Assembly: GCA_037481835.1 (NCBI GenBank)
Contig: JBBFKW010000001.1
Span: 139,503 to 203,502 of the forward strand
DNA: 64,000 nt
Reading direction: 5' to 3'
From: Desulfosoma sp.
Lineage (GTDB): Bacteria; Desulfobacterota; Syntrophobacteria; Syntrophobacterales; DSM-9756
In this document: positions 1 through 9,212 of the stretch, one piece after another
How the letters are laid out: each line of letters begins with the position of its first letter
Numbering within the stretch: position 1 is the stretch's first letter
Position numbers and translations under genes: made by a program
Notes under the pieces: model-generated
What the model was told of the DNA's origin: nothing
Seen by the model: the letters and a program-made list of their open reading frames with translations, nothing else
Databases searched by the model: none

Positions 1-281
1 CCCCCCTCAGGGGGGAGAGGGTTGGGTGAGGGGGGCCAAACGAGAAGGATTTATGAGCCTTTCCCCGCCCTCTCCTCACCGGAAAGAGGGGGTCACCACC
101 CGCTTCGTCCCCTCTCCCCCCTTAGAAAGAGAGGGTCCAGTAACCACTTCGCGCCCTCTCCCCCTTGGAAGGAGAGAGTTCCGCACCCCCCTTAAGCCCT
201 CTCCCCCTCGGAAGGAGAGAGTACCGCACCCCCCTTAAGCCCTCTCCCCCCTCAGGGGGGAGAGGGTTGGGTGAGGGGGGG
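1..281. repeat. Cluster of CCCTCTCCC...GGAGAG(GG) REP-like hairpin units, ~43-bp period
   Basis: Units start at about 1 (partial), 68, 110, 154, 197 and 240. 154-196 and 197-239 are near-identical tandem copies. 1-35 is repeated at about 246-280. Confidence 0.85.
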
Positions 282-291
282 AGGCGCCCGG

Positions 292-1281
292 CTAGATGAG
301 CTTCAGCACCAGGGCCGTGATCACCAAGTTCCCCATGCTCAAGGGGATGAGCACCTTCCACGAAAAATTCATCAACTGATCGAACCGCACCCGGGGGAAC
401 GTCCACCTAAACCACATGAGCACAAAAAGCAGCACGTAGGTCTTGGCCAAGAACCAGACCACCCCGGGAATCTTGAAACTGAACCCGAACGGGCCGTGCC
501 AGCCCCCGAAAAAGAGGCTCGTCGCCACGGCGCACACGATGAACATGTTCGTGTACTCGGCGAGGAAAAACAGCCCGAAGCGCATGCCGCTGTATTCCGT
601 GTGGAACCCCGCCACGAGTTCCGATTCCGCTTCCGGGATGTCGAAAGGCGCCCGGTTCGTTTCGGCCGTCGCACAGATGAAGTAGATGACCGCCGCCACC
701 GGCTGCAGGAAGACGAACCACACGCGCTGCTGCGCCATGACCAGCTCGCTGAACCGGAAGGAGTTGACCATGAGCACCACGCTCATCACGGACAGAAGCA
801 GCGGGATTTCATAGGCCACGGCCTGGGCCACCGAACGAATGGCCCCCAGCAGGGCGTACTTGTTGTTGGACGCCCAGCCGCCCACGAGGATCGCCAAGAC
901 GCTGAAGGTGGAAAAGGCGAAGATGAGAAGCAACCCCACGTTCATGTCCCGAATGATGAGTTCCGGCCCGAAGGGCAACACCAGGAAGGCGACCAAAACC
1001 GGCATGAAGACGAGCACCGGAGCGATGACGAAAAGCGTGCGGTCGGCCCGAGCCGGCGTGATGAGTTCTTTGCCCACCAGCTTGATGCCGTCCACGATGG
1101 TCTGGAGCAACCCGTGCGGGCCCACTTCCATGGGGCCGAGCCGGACTTGGATGTGACCGGCTACTTTGCGTTCCAGCCACACGAGAAAGAGGGCGTTCAG
1201 CTGACTGAAAATCAAGACGATGATTAGGCCCACGATGAGCCTGAGCCAGTAGGCACCCGAAGTTGCGGCGGCTTCCATCAT
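292..1281 (-). CDS. nuoH: NADH-quinone oxidoreductase subunit H
   Basis: [41 protein letters not shown] and PRVRFDQLM motifs; hydrophobic. Confidence 0.97.
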   Translation of the reverse strand: MMEAAATSGAYWLRLIVGLIIVLIFSQLNALFLVWLERKVAGHIQVRLGPMEVGPHGLLQTIVDGIKLVGKELITPARADRTLFVIAPVLVFMPVLVAFLVLPFGPELIIRDMNVGLLLIFAFSTFSVLAILVGGWASNNKYALLGAIRSVAQAVAYEIPLLLSVMSVVLMVNSFRFSELVMAQQRVWFVFLQPVAAVIYFICATAETNRAPFDIPEAESELVAGFHTEYSGMRFGLFFLAEYTNMFIVCAVATSLFFGGWHGPFGFSFKIPGVVWFLAKTYVLLFVLMWFRWTFPRVRFDQLMNFSWKVLIPLSMGNLVITALVLKLI

Positions 1282-1360
1282 GACGGGACGATCTCCTTCC
1301 TGGGGTTGGCACGAGCCGTCAATCCCACGGGACGGGACTCACACACGTTCCCGGATCGCC

Positions 1361-2482
1361 TCAGCGGTCGATTTCCGGAACCACGATGTCGATGCTGCCC
1401 AAAATGGCGATGGCGTCGGCGACCAGCGTCTCTTTGAGGACTTCGGTCAGGCAGTGGAGGTTCCCGAAGCTGGGCACCCGCACATGGACCCGATAGGGAT
1501 AGGGACTGCCGTCGCTCACCAGATAGTAGGCCGTCTGACCCCGAGCGCTCTCAAAGGCGAAATACACTTCGCCGCGAGGGGGCTTGACCTTGAGCCGCAC
1601 CCGTTCCTGCCGGTAGGGGCCGCCGGGCATCTGGTCCAGCGCCTGTTCGATGATGCGGCAACTCTGCTCCATCTCTTCCAGGCGCACCCTGTAGCGGTCC
1701 AAGGCGTCACCCTTGGAGCCCGTGGGGACTTCAAAGTCGAACCGGTCGTAGACTTCGTAAGGTTCCACCTTGCGCATGTCGAAGGCCACACCCGCCGCGC
1801 GCAGGTTCGGGCCTGTGACGCCGAAGCGGCGCGCCAGATCCTTGTCGATGATGCCCACATCGCGCACGCGGTGGATGAAGATGACGTTTTTCGTCACCAG
1901 GTTGTGATAATCGGGCCAACGGCTGCGAAGCCTCTTGATGAACGCCCGGGTCTGCTCGATGAACACGTCGTCCACGTCGCGGGCCACCCCGCCGAATCGG
2001 CAATAACTGTACGTCAACCGCGACCCGCTCACCCGGTCCAAAATGTCCAGGATGTTTTCGCGGTCGTCGAAGCAGTAGAGGAACGGGGTGAAGGCGCCCA
2101 GATCCATGAGGAAGGTGCCGAACCACAAGAGGTGGCTGGAAATGCGGTTCAGTTCCGCACAGACCACCCGGATGTACTTGGCCCGCTCGGGAGGCTCAAT
2201 CCCCGCAAGCTTTTCCACCGCCAGGCAGAAGCCGTGGTTGTAGATGAGCCCCGAGAGGTAATCCATCCGGCTGGCGTTGGGCATAAACTGCAGGTACGTG
2301 CGGTTTTCGCCCATCTTTTCATGGCCGCGGTGCCCGTAGCCGATGATGGGGTCCGCTTCCAGGATGTATTCGCCGTCCAGGGTGAGGAGCACCCTCAACA
2401 CCCCGTGGGTGCTCGGATGCTGGGGCCCCAAGTTCAGACTGTAAAGCTGCTGCTGGACCGGTTGAGGAAAGTGTTCAGCCAT
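1361..2482 (-). CDS. nuoD: NADH-quinone oxidoreductase subunit D
   Basis: NLGPQHPSTHGVLR, GYGHRGHEK and C-terminal GSIDIVVPEIDR; no NiFe CxxC ligands. Confidence 0.95.
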   Translation of the reverse strand: MAEHFPQPVQQQLYSLNLGPQHPSTHGVLRVLLTLDGEYILEADPIIGYGHRGHEKMGENRTYLQFMPNASRMDYLSGLIYNHGFCLAVEKLAGIEPPERAKYIRVVCAELNRISSHLLWFGTFLMDLGAFTPFLYCFDDRENILDILDRVSGSRLTYSYCRFGGVARDVDDVFIEQTRAFIKRLRSRWPDYHNLVTKNVIFIHRVRDVGIIDKDLARRFGVTGPNLRAAGVAFDMRKVEPYEVYDRFDFEVPTGSKGDALDRYRVRLEEMEQSCRIIEQALDQMPGGPYRQERVRLKVKPPRGEVYFAFESARGQTAYYLVSDGSPYPYRVHVRVPSFGNLHCLTEVLKETLVADAIAILGSIDIVVPEIDR

Positions 2483-2948
2483 AAACCTCTTCCCGTTTGC
2501 GGTAAGCGTGAACCGTCCCGAAGTCCTTGCGAAGCGGATAAAAGTCGGCGTCTTCCGGAAGCAGGAGGCGCCTCAGGTCCGGATGGCCCGAAAAGCGCAC
2601 CCCGAAAAATTCCCAGGCTTCCCGTTCCTGCCAGAGGGCCGAGGCGAAAACGCCGGTCACCGACGGGACCTCCCCATCGTGGGGGCACAGCACCCGCACG
2701 GCCGTGCGGGCCCTCGGTTCATACGCATTCATGTGGTAGACCAGCTCCAGGGTGTCCTGGAAATCCAAGCCCGTGAGCGATTCCAGGTAGAAACCGCATT
2801 CGTTGAAGATCTCCATGACCGCAACGAGGGATTCCTTGGGGCACGCCACCGAGTGGGACACTCCGGCGCGGAAATCAGGATCCGCCGTGATCGCCCCAGG
2901 GCCCAGGAGTTCCTGAATGCGCCGCAGCGCGTCGTCTTTCGCCGCCAT
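2475..2948 (-). CDS. nuoC: NADH-quinone oxidoreductase subunit C
   Basis: WQEREAWEFFGVRFSGHPDLRRLLLP...PLRKDF. Confidence 0.95.
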   Translation of the reverse strand: MAAKDDALRRIQELLGPGAITADPDFRAGVSHSVACPKESLVAVMEIFNECGFYLESLTGLDFQDTLELVYHMNAYEPRARTAVRVLCPHDGEVPSVTGVFASALWQEREAWEFFGVRFSGHPDLRRLLLPEDADFYPLRKDFGTVHAYRKREEVYG

Positions 2949-2950
2949 GA

Positions 2951-3466
2951 TCAGCCCACCCTTTCCAATCGCCGGAAACGGCGCAACACGTTGCGCTTCT
3001 CGCCCTTGGTGATCTTGTCTTCCAGGGCCAAGATGCCCTGGATGAGCCCTTCAGGCCGGGGAGGGCACCCCGGAATGTGAATGTCCACCGGCACGATGAG
3101 GTCCGCCCCGGGCACGATGGCGTACTGCCCCTCGTATTCGAAAGGGCCTCCCGAAATGGCGCAGTTGCCCATGGCGATGCACCACTTGGGGTTGGGCATC
3201 TGGTCCCAGAGCATCTGGATGGCCGGCGCCATTTTCTTGGAAATCGTCCCCGCCACGATCATGACGTCGGATTGGCGCGGCGACGGCCGAAAAACCCCTG
3301 CGCCGAACCGATCCAGGTCAAACCGGGACGCTCCGGCGGCCATCATTTCAATGGCGCAGCACGCCAGCCCGAAGGTCATGGGCCACAGGGAATTGGCCCG
3401 TGCCAGATTGAGAAGGTCGTCCAGCAGGGCGAACTGGATTACCGGCTCTGTTCTTTGGTTTTCCAC
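2951..3466 (-). CDS. nuoB: NADH-quinone oxidoreductase subunit B
   Basis: [39 protein letters not shown]. Confidence 0.97.
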   Translation of the reverse strand: MENQRTEPVIQFALLDDLLNLARANSLWPMTFGLACCAIEMMAAGASRFDLDRFGAGVFRPSPRQSDVMIVAGTISKKMAPAIQMLWDQMPNPKWCIAMGNCAISGGPFEYEGQYAIVPGADLIVPVDIHIPGCPPRPEGLIQGILALEDKITKGEKRNVLRRFRRLERVG

Positions 3467-3828
3467 TCAAACACTCCTTTTCGCCACGCGTAGACAATCG
3501 CCAGGGACAAAATGCCCAGGAAGAGGAACACTTCGATGAAATCGCGGAAGGCGTACTTGCCGTAGGCCAAGGTGACCGGAAAGAGATAGAGCACGTCCAC
3601 ATCGAAGGCTAAAAAGATGAGGGCATAGATGTAATAGGCGGCCGTGAACTGGATCCAGGCGCTCCCGATGGTTTCCATGCCGCTTTCATAGGTTTCATCG
3701 CGACGGCGGCCAGTGCTGCGCGGAACAATCAGGTGGGAAAGGATGATGGGAATGACCGCGAACACCACGCCGACCAGAAGGTAGAAGGCGACGGATAGGA
3801 AATCTCCGAGCAGGGCTTGCGGCACCAT
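3439..3828 (-). CDS. nuoA: NADH-quinone oxidoreductase subunit A
   Basis: TYESG loop, [11 protein letters not shown] and [10 protein letters not shown]; 3 TM segments. Confidence 0.95.
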   Translation of the reverse strand: MVPQALLGDFLSVAFYLLVGVVFAVIPIILSHLIVPRSTGRRRDETYESGMETIGSAWIQFTAAYYIYALIFLAFDVDVLYLFPVTLAYGKYAFRDFIEVFLFLGILSLAIVYAWRKGVFEWKTKEQSR

Positions 3829-3840
3829 AGAAAGTCCCTC

Positions 3841-5694
3841 TTATTCGATGTAGATGGCCTTGAACTTACAGGTCTCGATACAAATCCCGCACCGGACGCA
3901 CACTTCCTCGTCAATCACATGGCATTCCTTGTTCACGCCGATGATGGCGTTTTCCGGGCAGCGGCGCCGGCACGCCCCGCACCCCGTGCACTTGTCCACA
4001 TCGATGACGTACTGGATGAGGGGCTTGCAGATCTTGGCGGGGCATTTCTTGTCGTAGACGTGGGCTTCGTATTCGTCGCGGAAGTAGCGCAGAGTGCTTA
4101 AGACCGGGTTGGGAGCGCTTTTCCCCAGGCCGCACAGGGCCGTCTCTTCAATGGCGTGGCAGAGCTCCTCCAGCTTGGTCAGGTGTTCCGGGGTGCCCCG
4201 GCCTTCGCACATGTCCACCACCAGCTCGTGCATGCGCTTGACACCGACCCGGCAGGGGATGCACTTGCCGCACGATTCTTCCACCAAGAAATTAAGGAAG
4301 TATCGGGCCACATCCACCATGCAGGTCACTTCGTCCATGACGATCATGCCGCCGGAGCCCATCATGGACCCGGCTTCCTTGAGCCTTTCGAAATCCACGG
4401 GAAGGTCGATGAGCCGCTCCGGCACGCACCCTCCCGACGGGCCGCCCGTCTGCACCGCCTTGAATTTTTTTCCGCCGGGAATGCCGCCGCCGATGTCTTC
4501 GATGATGGTGCGCAGCGGCGTCCCCATGGCCACTTCCACCAAGCCCGTATTGTTGATCTTGCCCACGAGGGAAAAGATCTTGGTCCCCTTGCTCCGTTCC
4601 GTGCCGATGGAAGCGTACCAGGCGCCGCCGTTGTTGATGATGAGCGGCACGTTGGCCCAGGTCTCCACGTTGTTCAAATTGCTCGGGCGGTTCCACAAGC
4701 CCTTTTCCACCGTGTGGATGTGCTTGCCGCGGGGCTCTCCGATCTTTCCTTCCAAAGACGCCATGAGCGCCGTGGACTCCCCGCAGATGAAAGCGCCGGC
4801 CCCTCGGTTGACGTGGATGTCCAAACTGAAGTCCGTCCCCAGGATGTTTTCCCCAAGAAGGCCGTATTCCTTGGCCTGGTGGATGGCCCAAATGGCGTTT
4901 TCCACCGCCATGGGGTATTCGAACCGGACGTAGATGTATCCTTCCCGGGCGCCGATGGCGTAGCCCCCGATGATCATCCCTTCCAGGACCTGGTGAGGGT
5001 TGCCTTCCAGAAGCGAACGGTCCATGTAGGCGCCGGGGTCGCCTTCGTCGGCGTTGCACATGACGTATTTGATGTCCCCGTGGGCCCGCCGGCACGACTC
5101 CCACTTGACGCCCGTGGGGAACCCGCCCCCGCCGCGCCCCCGAAGGCCCGAGATCTTCACTTCCTCGATGACCTGCTCGGGCGTCATGCCGGAGAGGACC
5201 TTGGCCAGAGCGGAATAGCCGCCCCGGGAGATGTAGTCCTCGATGTCCCGAACGTAGTTGCTGCCCGTATCTTTAAAGACGATGCGCTGCTGCTTGGCGA
5301 AAAACGGAATTTCGTACTCGTGGACGATGCGGTTTCCCGTGGTGGGATCCACATAGAGGAGATCCTCGAGGACCTCGCCGCCGAGAACGCTTCGATCCAC
5401 GATTTCCGCCACCCGATCCGGCTTCACCTTTTGGTAAAAAACCTCTTCGGGCTCAATGACCACAATGGGACCGGCGGCGCAAAACCCGTTGCACCCGGTG
5501 GGAACCACCATGTATTCGCGGGTAAGCCCCTTGTCCTCCAGCACCTTCACGAAGGCGTCCACCAGTTTATGGCTGCCCTGGGAATGACATCCCGTGCCGT
5601 TGCAGACGCGGATCCGCTTACGGATGTGTTTGCGCTTTTCGATGATCTGCTGCCGCAACGCGTCCAGATCTTGAATGCTCGTGAGCCGCTTCAT
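3841..5694 (-). CDS. nuoF: NuoF/HydB-type NADH- and FMN-binding flavoprotein with N-terminal [2Fe-2S] and C-terminal 2x[4Fe-4S] domains
   Basis: SGLRGRGGGGFPTG, CNADEGDPGAYMDR, GAGAFICGES, ESCGKCIPCR; N-terminal CNGTGC...TGCNGFC; C-terminal CTGCGAC...CP and CVRCGIC...CK. Confidence 0.95.
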   Translation of the reverse strand: MKRLTSIQDLDALRQQIIEKRKHIRKRIRVCNGTGCHSQGSHKLVDAFVKVLEDKGLTREYMVVPTGCNGFCAAGPIVVIEPEEVFYQKVKPDRVAEIVDRSVLGGEVLEDLLYVDPTTGNRIVHEYEIPFFAKQQRIVFKDTGSNYVRDIEDYISRGGYSALAKVLSGMTPEQVIEEVKISGLRGRGGGGFPTGVKWESCRRAHGDIKYVMCNADEGDPGAYMDRSLLEGNPHQVLEGMIIGGYAIGAREGYIYVRFEYPMAVENAIWAIHQAKEYGLLGENILGTDFSLDIHVNRGAGAFICGESTALMASLEGKIGEPRGKHIHTVEKGLWNRPSNLNNVETWANVPLIINNGGAWYASIGTERSKGTKIFSLVGKINNTGLVEVAMGTPLRTIIEDIGGGIPGGKKFKAVQTGGPSGGCVPERLIDLPVDFERLKEAGSMMGSGGMIVMDEVTCMVDVARYFLNFLVEESCGKCIPCRVGVKRMHELVVDMCEGRGTPEHLTKLEELCHAIEETALCGLGKSAPNPVLSTLRYFRDEYEAHVYDKKCPAKICKPLIQYVIDVDKCTGCGACRRRCPENAIIGVNKECHVIDEEVCVRCGICIETCKFKAIYIE

Positions 5695-5704
5695 GGTTTT
5701 CCAC

Positions 5705-6175
5705 CTACGCGCTCTTGGCTTTGATCTCTTTGACCAGCGCCGCCATCTTGTTCGGGGTCATCTCACTGTAGGTTTCCCCGCTGATCACCACCACGGGCGC
5801 CGAGGCGCACGCCCCCACACAGTTGACCGTCTCCAAGGTGAGCGCCAAGTCTTCCGTGGTCTGCCCCGGCTCCAAACCGAGATCTTGTCGCACGCGGTCC
5901 AGAAGCTTGGGCGCCCCTTTGACGTGGCAGGCCGTCCCCGTGCACACCTGCACCATGGTGCGCCCCCTCGGGGTGAGGCTGAAGACTTTGAAAAAATTGG
6001 CCACACTGTAGATCTGGTTGATGGGCATGCGCAGCCGCTCGGAAATCCGCAGCAGGCTCTCCTTCGGCAAGTAGTTGAACTTGTGATTCACGTCCAACAT
6101 GATCTGAAGGAGGGATTCCGGCTTGGCGCCCCATTGATCGATGACCGCATCCACGTCCTGAAGCATTTGTTCCAT
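5705..6175 (-). CDS. nuoE: NuoE/HydC-type [2Fe-2S] subunit
   Basis: VCTGTACHVKG...VNCVGACASAP; GGAGG RBS upstream of ATG at 6175. Confidence 0.93.
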   Translation of the reverse strand: MEQMLQDVDAVIDQWGAKPESLLQIMLDVNHKFNYLPKESLLRISERLRMPINQIYSVANFFKVFSLTPRGRTMVQVCTGTACHVKGAPKLLDRVRQDLGLEPGQTTEDLALTLETVNCVGACASAPVVVISGETYSEMTPNKMAALVKEIKAKSA

Positions 6176-6249
6176 AGAAAGGAGCCTCCACACATCTCAA
6201 TGGGTCGGGGCTGATTCATGCGGGCTCAAGAACACGACCCGGGGCTAAC

Positions 6250-6267
6250 ACGTGATTTTTTGCACAA
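6250..6267 (-). promoter_or_regulatory. Rex-like (or CRP-geometry) operator upstream of nuoE
   Basis: Minus strand TTGTGCAAAAAATCACGT versus Rex consensus TTGTGAAnnnnTTCACAA; TTGACC -35-like box at 6280-6285. Confidence 0.5.
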
Positions 6268-6396
6268 CGTCTCTCTGAAGGTCAAGGAAAAAGTGTGCAT
6301 TGTTCCCGTTTCCGTGCGCCTTCTCCCGGAGGGGCGGCCCGGGATGGGGTCCTTCGCCCCTTCGGACCTGGGGTTGTTTATGGGACGCCCCGGATT

Positions 6397-6606
6397 CAGG
6401 GCGTTGCCCTGGGCTCTGATGCTTTGCCCCTTCGGGGCAAGGAGTCTGCCATTGCTATGCCCTTGGGGCAAGGAGTTCGCCATCGTTTGCCCCTTCGGGG
6501 CTAGGAGTCTGCCATCGTTGGGCCCTTCGCGGCTCGAGGGCTTTGGGCCTCGCCGTCCCCCCCGGGGATCCGCCCCGGGCTGCCCTGGTGCGCCCCTGCG
6601 GGGCTA
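6397..6606. repeat. REP-like palindrome cluster including ~3.5 tandem ~32-bp units (TTGCCCCTTCGGGGCAAGGAGTCTGCCAT)
   Basis: Tandem units at about 6424-6535; CAGGGCGTTGCCCTG hairpin at about 6397-6411; further GC hairpins at 6557-6606. Confidence 0.8.
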
Positions 6607-7704
6607 CGTCGTGGGGGCGGCGTTCAAGCTAAAGGAAAAAACGGAGCCTTTGCCCTTTTCGCTGGTCACCGTCAGCGTTCCCCCATGGGCACGCACCACC
6701 TTTTGGGCGATGGCCAAACCCAGGCCCGTCCCCTGCTGGGAGCGGATTTCCCGGTCCTTTCCTCGATAAAATTGGTCGAACACAAAGGGAATTTCCTTGG
6801 CATCGATCCCCACTCCCGTATCTTCCACGGATACGGCGACACACGACCCTTCCCGCTTGGCCCGAATGGCGACGTGCCCCTTTTCCCGGTTGTACTTAAT
6901 GGCGTTGGAAATGAGGTTGCTCAAGGCTTCCCGCAGGGAATCGGGATCGGCATAGACAGCGGGAAGGTCTTCGGGAAGCTCCACCCGGACCGTGACCCCC
7001 TTTTCTTTGGCCGAAAACTCCAGTCCCTTCAAGGCGGCGTCGATGCAGTCTCCAAGGCGGGTCGGCTGGAGCTTCTTGACGATATCGCCCTCGCTGAGGC
7101 GGCTCATGTCGAGCCAGTCGTTGATGAGCTGCATGAGGGATTCCAGGCGTTCCTTGGCCCGGGAGAGCATTTCCTGTTGGGCTTCGCTCAGCTCCCCGCC
7201 GATGCCGCCCAGGAGGACTTCGAAGTACTGGAGGATGGCCGCCAGAGGAGAGCGCAGCTGATGGGTGACCATGGTGACGAAGTTCCGCTCCATGGTCTCC
7301 TTTTCCTGCCGCAGAGCCCGGGATTCCAAGTCCAGGCGCCGCTTTTCCAAGCCGCGGCGCACCACGATGAGCAATTCATCGGGGGTGAAGGGCTTGGGCA
7401 GATAGTCGTAGGCCCCTTCCTTCATGGCCGCAACGGCGCTCTCGATGGTGGCGTAGCCGGTGATGAGCACCGTCACGATGCTGGGATCGAAGTCCCGGAT
7501 GCGCCGCACCACTTCGACCCCGTCCATTTCGGGCATTTTGAGATCCACCAGGACCAGATCGCAGGGGTCGCACAGGAGCTTTTCCAGGCCTTCCCGGCCG
7601 CTGGCCGCCAGGACGACCTGCATGCCCTCTCGAGCCAACACCCGCCGGCACGACACTCGAGCGATTTCCTCATCGTCGATGACCAAAATCTTGGGAGGAT
7701 CCAC
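6604..7704 (-). CDS. Hybrid response regulator / sensor histidine kinase (REC-HisKA-HATPase)
   Basis: ILVIDDE, VDLKMPEMDG, LPKPF; MVTHQLRSPL H-box; NLISNAIKY, DTGVGI, GTGLGL. Confidence 0.95.
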   Translation of the reverse strand: MDPPKILVIDDEEIARVSCRRVLAREGMQVVLAASGREGLEKLLCDPCDLVLVDLKMPEMDGVEVVRRIRDFDPSIVTVLITGYATIESAVAAMKEGAYDYLPKPFTPDELLIVVRRGLEKRRLDLESRALRQEKETMERNFVTMVTHQLRSPLAAILQYFEVLLGGIGGELSEAQQEMLSRAKERLESLMQLINDWLDMSRLSEGDIVKKLQPTRLGDCIDAALKGLEFSAKEKGVTVRVELPEDLPAVYADPDSLREALSNLISNAIKYNREKGHVAIRAKREGSCVAVSVEDTGVGIDAKEIPFVFDQFYRGKDREIRSQQGTGLGLAIAQKVVRAHGGTLTVTSEKGKGSVFSFSLNAAPTT

Positions 7705-7848
7705 GGGAGAGCGCCCTTTTCGATTGTCCGCTGCGAGCTCGAAACGATGGCCGTGAAAATGGCTTCGTCTTTCGTCCGTCCCTCGAGAAAAGGCGGGACT
7801 TTCCGTGCCGGCGGCCGGCAGGCCGGCTCTTTGCGTCGGGATCCCGCC

Positions 7849-8271
7849 CTATGACGGCCGGCGTCGCGCCAGGAGGTCCGCGACGCGCTCCAGGAGTTCC
7901 TTGGGCTTGAAGGGCTTGTCCAGATAATCGTCGGGCTCCGAGAGCGAGCCCATGTCTTCCGCGTCGTTGAAGGCGAAACGCGACCCCGTGTCCGCGCGGA
8001 CACTGGAGACCATGAGGATGGGGATGTTTTTCAAAGCCGCCAGCCCAGGGTCGGAGCGCAGGCTGGTGACCAGGCTGAAGCCCTCAAAAATGCTTTCCAT
8101 CATGATGTCCAGGATGATGAGATCGGGCTTTTCCTCTTGAACTTTCCGCAGCCCTTCCTTGCCGTCCGAAGCCACGATCACCTCATAGCCGTCGGCAAGC
8201 AGGATCATCTTCGTCGACTTGGCGAAATCCGCATCATCGTCCACTATGAGAATCTTTGCCTTGGTCGCCAT
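7849..8271 (-). CDS. Single-domain response regulator (receiver)
   Basis: KILIVDDD, LIILDIMM, YLDKPF; GGAGG RBS before ATG 8271. Confidence 0.93.
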   Translation of the reverse strand: MATKAKILIVDDDADFAKSTKMILLADGYEVIVASDGKEGLRKVQEEKPDLIILDIMMESIFEGFSLVTSLRSDPGLAALKNIPILMVSSVRADTGSRFAFNDAEDMGSLSEPDDYLDKPFKPKELLERVADLLARRRPS

Positions 8272-8343
8272 GAGCTCTTCCTCCAGCCTCTCGGGCCCAT
8301 TCCGTCGGGAAGGGCGGCACAAGAACATGTGAAGTGATTCTTG

Positions 8344-8372
8344 AGGTTACCGGATCGCCCCTTGTGTGTCAA
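8344..8372 (-). promoter_or_regulatory. Sigma70-type promoter for the response regulator/kinase genes
   Basis: TTGACA-17 bp-TAACCT on the minus strand. Confidence 0.6.
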
Positions 8373-8424
8373 CGGGATATCGGCTAGGGTTGTCACGCCC
8401 TAGGCCGCGCCGGCACTGCGGCCT

Positions 8425-9009
8425 CTAGAACAGGTAGAAGAAGTCTTCTTCCAGGTCGAAGCGGAGCCTTTTGAGCATGAGGGCCACGTCTTTGGTCTTG
8501 CCGTCCCGGGTCATGAAGTAGTCTTCCAGCGTGGCTTTCACTTCGAAGCCCAACTGGCGGAAGGCGCGCACCGCCAGTTGGTTTTCGATGAGCACCTTGG
8601 CTTTGAGGAAGTAGAGGCCCTGGCGCGTGCCGATTTCGATGAGTTCCTTGATGAGCGAGGAGCCGAGGCCCAGCTGGCGATGATTGGATCCCACCACGAC
8701 GTAGATTTCGGCCACGTGCCTGTAGGCTCCCGCCATGCGGTTGAGGGACGCCAGGCCGATGATGCGCGTTCGAGGGCCGTTCCAGGCCGCCAAGGGAAGC
8801 ACCCGGACGAGGTCCAACTGGCGGATCCAGGTGCCCACGGTGCGCGGATCCGGCACCTGATCCCGAAAGCCTTCCACTTCGTGGTCGGGGATGTCATGGA
8901 AAAAAGAGCGCACCGCCTCCTCGTCATCCCGGACCAGCATCTTGAAAAGGACCGGCTCTCCGTTGTTGAGGAGGCTTTCCTTGGGCTTGGGGGCTTCAAA
9001 GCGCATCAT
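8425..9009 (-). CDS. GNAT family N-acetyltransferase
   Basis: VVVGSNHRQLGLGSSL acetyl-CoA motif, ENQLAVRAFRQLGF; start uncertain (9009, 9018 or 9024). Confidence 0.88.
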   Translation of the reverse strand: MMRFEAPKPKESLLNNGEPVLFKMLVRDDEEAVRSFFHDIPDHEVEGFRDQVPDPRTVGTWIRQLDLVRVLPLAAWNGPRTRIIGLASLNRMAGAYRHVAEIYVVVGSNHRQLGLGSSLIKELIEIGTRQGLYFLKAKVLIENQLAVRAFRQLGFEVKATLEDYFMTRDGKTKDVALMLKRLRFDLEEDFFYLF

Positions 9010-9212
9010 TGTGTGCATCCTCAAACCTTTTCACGGGAATATCCCTGCAGGCTCTTATCGATCCACGGGTTGTGCAAACCCCTTTTCCTTTACTGGAAAT
9101 CGGCGCGACACACAAGATCCAAAGGCGCGGCCGACGCCCCGCCTTTGGGTTTCATGGCGCTGGACGGGGGCATGAGGGTGTTGCGTTAATTTTTGAACGG
9201 ATGGAGGGATCC

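Noticed and set aside
1361..3466. NuoD/NuoB as a group 4 NiFe hydrogenase, given the hyp genes in the window
   Set aside because: The large subunit lacks both CxxC Ni-ligand motifs and ends in the NuoD-type EIDR.
1..6606. Repeat clusters at 1-281 and 6424-6535 as CRISPR arrays
   Set aside because: Linkers are short and similar to each other rather than unique spacers, repeats are degenerate, and no cas genes are present.
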